A DNA stretch of 63,066 nucleotides, filler included, from Reticulomyxa filosa (Eukaryota; Protista; Foraminifera): NCBI GenBank assembly GCA_000512085.1. It is 15 parts of 15 records of this genome, joined end to end, with 100 filler letters (N's around TTAATTAATTAA, not from the genome) between each part and the next. Parts side by side here need not be neighbours in the genome. Positions count along the whole stretch, not along the records: positions 5,649 to 19,174 come from ASPP01007887.1; positions 19,275 to 30,248 come from ASPP01011237.1; 13 more parts are not named here. The stretch is one strand, 5' to 3'. The notes beneath the pieces were generated by a model. The model was not told where the DNA came from. It worked only from the letters and a program-made list of their open reading frames with translations, and ran no database searches. Each line of letters starts with the position of its first letter. The first letter of the stretch is position 1. Position numbers and translations under genes: made by a program. Shown here one piece after another: positions 10,524 to 20,586 of the stretch.

Positions 10524-13500
10524 TCATGCCAACTGTCTTATGACTACCTTAAGACATTGATAGCCTATATCACAGTCACCCAATACCAAACATTTTTTTT
10601 TGATGCAAGAGCAGAAAGAGAGATAAGATTTGAAAATAACAATACTTTGATGAGCATCGAAAGTAACAAAAATGGTGGGATTGGATTTGTTTTCGACAAC
10701 AGTCTCGTGCGTTTCGTTTGAGTTTTTCTTTTGTGGAGGTTTTGCATCGAAGTCATTCGATTGTATACTCTCTCCGCAGATGACACGACAATAGAACAGT
10801 TCGCCATATCCACTTTGGTCATCAAAATGGACAAAGTTGTCGATGCAATCCTGGCAAGTTTTAAAAAATCGAACTGGTAGTTCGTTCTTTTTTATCGACC
10901 CCATTGGTCCGTCTGTAAAACAAATATGTTAATGGACAATACATGAGCCAAATGAAGACAACAAGATCGCGAAAACAAAATATGGATCAGCGCATACCGT
11001 GCCATAAATATCGAATATTGACAGTTTGTTCCGACAATCTGTGTGACTGAATCCACGTATCTATTCGAAACATACACACATCTTTTGGAAGAGCACACCA
11101 AAAAAAAAAAGGAGCCTCTCGGTTTTTATTGTGTTCTAGTTCATGTTCAGAAAAACAAAGAGAAAGTGAACTTTGAAGATTTTGATGTGCACTCCAAAGA
11201 GACGGATTTTTGATGGAATAAACAGCGACCACGGAATACATCGATGGAGTGGCTGTTGCAAAAAATTCTTCGATTGCGTTTGCCGCAAATTTAGCTTCAT
11301 TACATTTGGTATCTAAAAGATCGATTCTTACCAGGGAAGCACTGTTGTCATAGAGTGCTCCACCAGGTTCAATATTTTGTTCCAAAGATCCTGTTTATTT
11401 ATATTCATATATGCACATATATATATAATATACATTGACATCCCAAAGAAACAACAAACCTGAATTGGAGGGCTCATCTGTTCTTCGGACACTCCGTATT
11501 TTTTGAGTGGTAAGATTCACTTGGAATCCAGTCGTTGAGGTTGTTTTTGTGATTAGATACTTGAATTGTGATACCTTATATTGGAACTAAATATTCCATA
11601 CAACAAACACAAACACATAAAAGGTGTGTGCATATGATCTTATTGTGTCGTGTCTTTGTTCTTTCTATCTCTGTTTTTTTTTTAAGTAATCACGACTTTG
11701 TCTCCGACTAGCATCTCCTCCAACGTTTTTTCGACATCTTCGGGGTATCGAACAAATACGTTGTCGTTCTCTTCCCAGCTCTGATTAGTTATATTCATTG
11801 AGTTGGTATGTTTTTTGCTGCTATCACTGTTGTTGTGCTCTCTCGCTCTTTTTCTGCCCTCTCATTTGTGCGTCGTTGCAATAGCAATGGACAAATTGTG
11901 ATGTGGCTCCAAACACAAAAGCAAGAACAAAAACAAACAAGAAATTACCCAATTGATCTGAGCAGGACGAGAAGGTCCCAATGCCTGCGAGTTTGCACTG
12001 CTTTGCTCTTGCTTTTCATCGGCTTGTTTCTTTTCGTCGTTCAGTTTCAATTGCGACTCTGCTTCCAATTCTTGTTAATTATACATATAAATATAAGTAC
12101 ATAGATATATGTATATGTTACAAATGATTTCATGTCACATAATGTTTTTATTTTGTGAGCGTACGGTACACTCAACTAACATGACAGTTGCAACATTTGT
12201 CACTAAACTTAAATGCCAGGACTCGGCTTGTCTTGGAGTGTGTTCCATTATGGTACAATTGCTGCACAATTCTTTCACTAAAAACTCTTTCGTGGTAGTT
12301 CGAGTCTGTTCATCACGTGTACATATATGTATATGTATATGTATATATGCTTATGTACACATTTTAAAAAAAAAAAACAACCAAACTTCAATAGTTGCAA
12401 ACTCAATAGTAAAAGAATCAAGTTTGTTGGGATGAAGATGAAGGAAATAAAATTCATCCAAGATTTGGTTATCGAGCCATGCTTGCAACAAACGCGGAGT
12501 GCCAATGTGTTGGGGCGCATTGTATATTGTCAGACAAAGCGCCGGTCGTAGATGTGTCCATTGACATGAGTCCTCGTTGCACCCTTCCACTGAATTGTAT
12601 TTCGTGCAAAACCGTGAGCGTTCGACTTTATCTATCGACAAGTCGTCACCATTCCAAAACAGATCACACAAGCACTACATTGACAATCATCTTTTTTTTT
12701 TTTTTGGAGTCATGGACACTAAAAGAAGGGAATGTTAAAAAAAAAAAAACAAATACTCCAAACTATTGAGACTTGGGCCGTGTTCATAATCGTAGATTGG
12801 CGGATTTTTCTCACCATTATATGCATCCGAGCTATTTATCTCACTCGAGTGGCGACTTACATCTCCCTCTTTTGTTTGTCTCACTCTTTTATTTATTCTT
12901 CCTTCCTCTTCTTCTTCTTCCTCTTTTCCATTTTTTGCTCTTTTTCCTTTTTCTTTTCTTTGTCTTTGTCTTTGTCTTTGTTTTTGTTTTTGTCCTTTTT
13001 TCTTTTACTTTTTTCTTTTTTTCTTTTTCTTTGGGTTTGTCTTTTTCACTTTTTTTTTCAATGGATCTTTGATTTGCGTGTTTGCGTTGCCACGTTTGTC
13101 CTTTTTGACTATCCTTTTGTCTTTGGTCTTGATCTTGACCCTGATTTTGGTCTTGATCTTGATCTTGATCTCGATATCTGTCTTGGCCTTGGCTCCAGTC
13201 ACCATCGCGATGTCGGCTATCGTCCTGAGTTCGGTTCCAATCCCGATATTGATGCTGATCTCGAGCTTGTGTTTGATATTGATATCGATGCTTATATTCA
13301 TCATTGTTGCCATATCGAGTCCAATGACGTTGTGTACGACCATGACGCCCTTGACCAGACTCAAAGTCCGTCGCATTGACAGAGGTGTTTGCATAAGAAT
13401 GAGGATGTCGATGACGAGAAGAAGAAGAAGAAAAAGAAGAATGAAAAGATGAATGAGAATACATGTCCGAGTGATGATTGTCACGCGTGTATGATATATT

Positions 13501-14093
13501 CGATCGTGTCGATCTCGATGAGAAGTGGAAGCGATCTGATCCATCAATGTATCTCTTTCGATTTTCTTCTCCATCTCCCATGTCATGTTCGTTGATGTCT
13601 TCATTCACGTCATCTCGCCAGTGTCTGTCTGTTCCCCCTACAATTCCATGTTCATTCCCCCCCCTCCACTCTTCTTTCTTCAATTGGACAATGTCAATTG
13701 CTTTATACTTCTCCCTCACTTTGGAAAATATGTATATGTGCGCAAGGGATAAAAACTGCACCTTTTCGGTCCTTCCACGATCTCGGACTGTCATCCGCGA
13801 TGTCCTTTGTTCAGTTTGCCAGTTCAGAGCCAAACAGATCAATTGATTTGTGCAAGATTATTGTTTGGCCCAACATAAATCAAAACACTACCAACAACAA
13901 TCACAAACACATAAAAAACTGAATGACGATTTTCGGTGAGATATAGCCATGCTTCTTTAATTTGTTCCGTGCTTATCTCACGAAATTCTGAGTTCTCTTG
14001 GGCGAACGCTCTCAACTCTCCCACCGTTTGTGCAAATCTGTTACTGTTTTTGAAAAAAGAAATATCTAATTTCAATAACTTATGTTTTGACAT
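10524..14093 (-). CDS. Multi-exon CCCH zinc finger / RRM-like / WWE / PARP (ART) domain protein
   Basis: CX8CX4CX3H at 12552-12608. WWE (SWEENDNVFVRYPEDVEKTLEE..|FQYKVSQFKYLIT...QVNLTTQKIRSVRR) at ~11470-11790. PARP fold: VYSIKNPSLW, VNIRYLWH, LFYCRVICG..PP..ETVVENKSNPTIFVTFDAHQSYQ, ending in TGA at 10524. GT-AG introns traced by eye. Linkage of the low-complexity 5' exons (12750-14093) is probable but not certain. Confidence 0.75.
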
Positions 14094-14304
14094 TATCTTT
14101 TTTCCTTTTGAAGGATATACAAATGCGTGACAAATGAGGATTATAACCCTATTATTTTTTTTTAAAGAGTGAGTTTGTAAGTTTATTTTTTTTAATTTCA
14201 TCTTTTTATCGATTTATAACGATATGCTTGGATCTTATACGCATAATTGATACTGTTGTCTCAAGCGTGAATCAACAAATCAAAATATGTTTGAGTACTT
14301 AATT

Positions 14305-14330
14305 ACAGGGCTAATTTTAATTAGCCCTGT
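14305..14330. promoter_or_regulatory. Perfect 12-bp inverted repeat in a divergent intergenic region
   Basis: ACAGGGCTAATT-TT-AATTAGCCCTGT lies between start codons at 14093 (-) and 14448 (+). Regulatory role is inferred from position only. Confidence 0.4.
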
Positions 14331-14447
14331 TAATAAGTTATTGCGTACCAAACTCAAGGAGAATCAGTAGACACGTAACTTTAAAGTTATAAAAAGAACG
14401 AAAGGGCTTTGGAGATAAAAAAAGCTATTTCATCTAAATATATTCAA

Positions 14448-14759
14448 ATGGTCTGTTCGAAGTGTGAAAAGAAATTATCTACACTCATTGTGCCAGATAA
14501 ATGGAAGAAAGGGAGTCTAAACACAACAAAAGTGAAAGCAACAGAAAAACACGCTCAAGGGAACCTAGTAAACGCGAACATGAAGCTACTCAAGAAACCA
14601 AACTTTAAAAAAAGAAATAAACAATGCCGTATCTGTAAAGGGGCACTACACGACGGAAGACACTACTATTGTTCCACCTGCGCGTGGCAAAAGGGAATAT
14701 GTGCCATGTGTGGCAAAAAAACCAATGATGTTTCAAATCAAGCATTAACAAATGTTTGA
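14448..14759 (+). CDS. CRIPT: Cysteine-rich PDZ-binding protein
   Basis: MVCSKCEKKL..LIVPDKWKKGS...CRICK..LH..YCSTCAWQKGICAMCGKK matches the CRIPT family pattern. Intronless. Confidence 0.93.
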   Translation: MVCSKCEKKLSTLIVPDKWKKGSLNTTKVKATEKHAQGNLVNANMKLLKKPNFKKRNKQCRICKGALHDGRHYYCSTCAWQKGICAMCGKKTNDVSNQALTNV

Positions 14760-15302
14760 GCTTATACTCAACTCAATTACAAATCATCTCTAAAAAATTT
14801 AATCGATTTGGTTTCAAACAAAAACAAGTTTATTTATTGAATTCATAGACACTCTTGTTCACTACTATTGAAACCACTTGTTTTTTTGTTGTGAATGGCT
14901 ATTCTTGTCGTATGCATCAGGTCATTTTCTTTTGTTTTGAATTGAACACTGTCTTTTTGTTCCCCTTTTTTAATTCCTAGTTTTCATGCAGTTTCGAATA
15001 TAATTCTTTTGCAAACAAGTTCGTTCGTGGTGTAGAATATGATGAAACAAACAAAAAAAAAATCATTTTAAATGTTTCCACTCACTCAAAATTTAATTAT
15101 CCCAAAATATAATAAGCGTTTGTTGCAATACCGTGGAAGGACAATTGGAAATTTTAATCTATTGTTAATTGTAAATTGCATGATGTGCACGACTAGCGTT
15201 TAACAGTTTCTTACCACTCTTCCAAAAAAGTTTTTTTTTTTCCTTTACGAAAGTTTGTTTGTGTTACAGTATTATATTCCTAAATATTATTTGTAAGTCA
15301 AT

Positions 15303-17143
15303 ATGAAGACGATTCTGCTGATATTAGGAGCCACGGTTGCACACGGAGCAACAATATCGTCAAAGTCGTTAAAACAAGAGAAAGGCCTTGGGATCACATC
15401 AACATGCAACAATGTTGATTGGTCATGCGGTAATAAAAAAACAAGACAAAAAAAAGGAAAAAAAACAACGAATAAATATAAATTTGTGTGAAACACATAA
15501 TAGGCGAAATAATTACGAGTTAAGTTTGACAGCTGCATGGAACAAGTTGACCTTTCAGGCCGAAAACAAAACAATGCTCCAAATTTGTACTTTATTTTTT
15601 TGTACGAATATCGAAAGTCACGAAAAATCGAATTCAAACAAACATCTAAAATGTGTGTACAGTTTGTGGCAGTGGTGGTCCCTATGGAAATTGCATTTGG
15701 TTAGGTTATGTTTGAGCACGCCAAAACGCGAAAAGGGCCTATTTTAAAATTTTTTTAATACTCATTGTTGTTCCCTTTTCAAGCTTGTTCCTTATGTTCC
15801 TGGCAGGTTCGTTGTGACCTATTTTTTTTTTTTTTTGTGAATGTGCAATAACAATAGCTCTGGCGATATTTTTGGTCGAACTCAATGTGTTCAAGACTCT
15901 ACGTGTGAAAAAATAGTTCGCTGCAGGTTTGTTTGAAAAAATAAAAACACAAGTAAAAAATAAAAATTTCTTAATGTGAATGCACTTTGAATAGTGAAGG
16001 TGGTGAGTGCCCGGCTGGTTCCGTTTGCTTGAATTCAGACAATTGCTGTGGTATCCCAAATTGTGTTCCTTTGTGTAACTCAACTACACCAACAACGACA
16101 TCGATGCCGACAACAACAACACAAACACCCAACCAATGTGCTGGCATCGATTGGGAATGTGGTGGTTCTTTGATGATTTGTGGAAGCCAGGGACCTTTTG
16201 ATGAATGCTTCTGCGGTTTGAAACTCTAAATATTTTTTTAAAAAAATTTGAAAATTTGTGTTAAAGCTGGTAAGAAAGGGGCGAAGAAGAAAGAAATCTA
16301 GTTTTTTTTTTTCTGTGCATGCTTAAACAGGTAACGATGTTGAAGGAAATTCACAATGCTTCATTGATGAATCATGTTCCAGCGAACCTGAATGCACCAG
16401 AAACACAGATTGCCCCAGTGGCAGTGCTTGTGTCACTGGCACTTGCTGTGAATTTTCACTTTGCTTGCCTCTGTGTGTTAATTCTACCACACCATCACCT
16501 ACCCCTCCGCTCACTACTCCTTCGCCCACTACAGCAAATGTCTGCAGCAGTGCAGAATGGTCTTGTGGTGATTCTGTGACGGAGTGTGGAACTCAAGGTA
16601 TTTTTTGGTGTCCACTTTAAGTCGTTGTTGTCACACGTTTATCCTGTGTAAAATTTTGACAAATATATTTGTTTGCAAACAAAACAAATCAGGTCCATTA
16701 GGTGAATGCTTTTGCCTTGAAGACGTGAACGGGGCTCACGCTTGCGTTATTGATGACTATTGCTCTGATTTGGTGGGATGCTCTTCCAACTCGGACTGTG
16801 CTTCAGGAACTGTTTGTGCTCCTAGTTGCTGTGGCTCTGGAAATTGCTTCGAAATTTGCAATGGAAGAAGACTCACTGATCCAGTCTCCAAATTGTTACC
16901 CATCTCCGCATTCCATTATCCAACGCAACAGAAAAAATGTGTGCAGAATCGTACGTTGAATGCCGTGAAAAATGTAGCAATAAATTTGGTCGCTGTACTG
17001 CAAAACAGTTAATTTTTTTTTTTTTTTCATGTTGAAAGTATTTACGTGTGATTACTTTGGATGATTTTAACAGTGGAAAATGCCCAAAAGAATCGGTTGA
17101 ATGTATGGAACGATGTAGAGCAAAGAAAGATAAATGCTTGTAG
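15303..17143 (+). CDS. Secreted cysteine-rich protein with three 14-Cys modules, Thr/Pro linkers and a Cys-rich C-terminal peptide (multi-exon)
   Basis: Signal peptide MKTILLILGATVAHG. GT-AG exons rebuild three aligned C....(D/E)W.CG.....CG..GP...C.C..D..G...C..D..C modules. Stop TAG at 17141-17143. Confidence 0.8.
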
Positions 17144-18056
17144 ACTGAATTTTTGGTCATATTAATAAATAATGCTAACTAAGTTTTTTCAACCTTAAAT
17201 TTTTACATTTCATGTGAAATATATTAATCTTTGAAATTTCTATAACTCTAAACCAGTTTAAAATAACTCTCGCATGTCTGATTGCTATTTACTTGCTTCA
17301 AGCAAGAAAATTTTAAAAAGAACTGTTGGCTATCAAAGTAAAAACATTTTTTTGCTTGCTTAAAAACTAAATATTTAATAAAATGATTTCTTTATTTTTA
17401 GGACAACATAAAAATTTTAATTCTCTGAGAATTTTGTACGTGATTGTAATTTTTATTCTTAAGTGTAGCGGATTATATCATTTTGTTTTAAGTGAATCCA
17501 AGTATTTCTTTTTCTTAATTTAAAAATCTTTTTATTTTTTCCAAGTTTTAAAATCTGACCATCATTTAAGACTTTATTTGTTTCATAAAATTTATTTTCT
17601 CAACACAAACATTAATTTATCAAAACACAAAGTCAAAAAACAAAAATTACAATGATTACATCAAAAACAAATTTTTGTCTTTCAAGCTTGGACTTGACAA
17701 AAGTCTGATAGTTGATATTTAGAATCTTGAATTTTAAGTAAGTCGCTTGGTTCAGTGATTTCAAGATTGGTTAATAGCGCTTTGGTCTGTTACATAATTA
17801 CATTAATTTCTTCGGATAGTGCACGCAAGTTTTGAACTTGGAATATTTTTGTCTCAAAAAAAATTAGTTTGCTATTGTGATGTAAGGATAACTACTGAAA
17901 GAGATCGGACTCAGTGTAATACAAATAATCGATCTTTTGACAATTTTCAATAAAAATAAAATAGTTGAACAGAAGAAAAAGCAAAGAAATTCAAAAAAGG
18001 TACCCGACGTCTTCATAAAAGTATTCGTGTGGATAAAGAATACATATCAATAAAAT

Positions 18057-19174
18057 ATGGGCAATGGAACAAGTGCTGCACAACCGACAGCAGTGGCAAA
18101 ATCGCCGTCAAATGTCCCTCCACCTCGTGTAATGCCACGCGTATTAACACAGAGATTCAAAGCGAACCGACTGGATCGCCAAACATACAACAGTCTGTTA
18201 AAAAAGCAAGCTCATCTGCTCATATCTTTTTTTAAATTTTCTCGTACAAAATCGTCTTGTGTAGTGATAACATAAACATCTTTTTTTCAAAAATAAAAAA
18301 AGTGAAAGTAATAATTCGTGGAGATCGACAGACGGGCAAATCAGGTAAAATTAACAATAACATATTGTATGCATGTACAAGAAGAGAAGTTTTAATGATA
18401 AATGAGGAAATGCAAATAATAAAAACAAAGCATTATTGCACCGATTGGAAGGAGGAAAATTCAAATCGGAACATATTCCTACGCCTCAGATCCAAGCAGC
18501 TCACGTGCCATGGACCTACAAAACGACAGACGAAATGGTTAAGTTAGAAATATGGGACGTGGTTGACAATGCAATGCTTCCAGAGTTTCCAGATGAATTG
18601 GAATCCACGTCCACGTCCTCGGCCGCAGCCACAGCCTCGGCTCAGCGATGTCTGCCCGCTGACGCTTCTTCAGTCGACGTCTACAAGGGTAACTGTTCTG
18701 TGTTCACATATGGTTGCATGCATATGTACTCCATATTATTCGAGTGATTGAAGGGGACATTTATATAGGAGCGAATGCTGTGATCTTCATGGTCGATCCA
18801 ACTCAAAAATGGACGTTGGATTATGCAAAACAACATATTCCTGAGGTCCACGAATCTGTCGACGTTTTAGTTTTAGTTATGGCTTCGTTTTCCTTCTTTT
18901 CTTGCTTTTGCTCACTGAAAAAGAAATAACGCAATTCTTTACAAAAAAAAAAAAAAAAGTTTATTAAAAAAGATTTGTATAACCACTGGACATTGACCAA
19001 TGAACAAATATCGGAATTTATGTCCAAACAACCGAAAAATGTCCGACATTTGGAAGTCTCGTTGAAGGATTGCTTTGGAATCAAAGAGCTTCATACCTTT
19101 CTATCAGTCCCATTTTTACGGATGAAAGTTCTTTTTTTTTTTTTTTTTTTTTTTTTATAAAAAAAAAAAAAGGG
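18057..19174 (+). CDS. RABL6: Rab-like GTPase 6 (RBEL1) homolog, 3' truncated by contig end
   Basis: Spliced reading YNMKVIIRGDRQTGKSALLHRLEGGKF...WTYKTTDEMVKLEIWDVVD...VDVYKGANAVIF...WT...FLSVPFL closely follows the RABL6 motifs. Confidence 0.88.
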
Positions 19175-19274
19175 NNNNNNNNNNNNNNNNNNNNNNNNNN
19201 NNNNNNNNNNNNNNNNNNTTAATTAATTAANNNNNNNNNNNNNNNNNNNNNNNNNNNNNNNNNNNNNNNNNNNN

Positions 19275-20553
19275 AAAAAAAAAAAAAAATACCCATTGAA
19301 TGTAACTATTTCACAAAAAATGCATATATGCATATATTGTACCAATTGGTCAGCAATATTTGTTGAAATTTGGGTGTAATGCGACAGTGCCAAACAAGCC
19401 CAATGCAATCGCAAAGCAATGTTTTCGGTGATATCTTTTGCGATATAATTCATAATGTCGTTGGTAATAATCGTCTCTGCTTCTTTGGTCAACAGGTGCT
19501 CTGACTCTTTTAATGCCAACACATTGGACGGGCCTATCGTATGTTTGCAAATCGTCTAGTCTTTCTCTCTTGTGTTAATTGCACAACGCAACAAACAACT
19601 TAACAAACAGACGCAGAAGACCATCTCGCAAACAAGGTTTGAATAATGGTGAAGAGGATGTCCAATTCCTCATACCATTGAATGGCCTTGAAACTATGAT
19701 CGAAAGATGACGTCGTTCGGATTTGACTGAAATGTCTTTTCAGCTTGTCCAGATTGCTTTGTAACAAGGCACACACAAGATCGTCGTCGGTGTTGGCTTC
19801 ATTGATTCTTTTTTCCTCCATCGCCGACAGTGACTTTGCGTTGGCAAGGGTACTTTGAGTCGATGACGGCTGTCCTTTCAAAATCAACGCCTCGTCCACC
19901 AAGGGATTGGTGTTCTTCGAGTCCGTCTCCGACGAACGAACTTTTTGAATGGCATTGACCCATTCCAAGGCATCCGAATTCTCGGTTTCAAAATGATATG
20001 TGCGGTTAGAAAATATCATATTAAATTTTTGCGCTTTGTCGTTGTCCACTATTTTTACATCTTTTAAATCATTGATGAGAATTGTATCTGTAAATATATA
20101 TACATATATGTATATGTATATATGTATATGTATATATGTATATGTATATATGTATATGTTGTGTGTAACGTATGACCTCTCTCTCTCTCAAAACTTTTGC
20201 ATTCAGCTCCCTGATAATAGGAAAGCTCTTTGTTTGTAGTCAATACGCAATAGCGCTTTTGCATTTTGGAAAAGGATTCTTTGCCCTTTTTGGACAAATA
20301 ACCCTTTTTCACAATTTCGACGCTTGCGTCAGTTTGTGTACAGAAATCAATGTGCAATGTCGGCAACACATTGGCAGTGTCCAAAGGTATTAGTCCAATG
20401 CAAAGCATTGGACAGTAGATCTCATTTGTCAGAGATTGAGGAGAGAAGATTTTCCCTTGGAGTTCAGTGGGCTTGCCTGTCCCAGTGGGCCAAATTTCGT
20501 CACGATTTCGAATTATAAGTTCTTCCTCACCATTTCTTTCTATATGTATCACA

Positions 20554-20586
<33 letters not shown>

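Noticed and set aside
11520-11610. Chromodomain-like reading MEYLVP...DWIPSE
   Set aside because: It contains a stop and starts in an intron. The alternative frame after the AG acceptor gives a much better WWE match.
12732-13846. Several long overlapping ORFs on both strands
   Set aside because: Caused by low-complexity repeats lacking stops; not evidence of overlapping genes.
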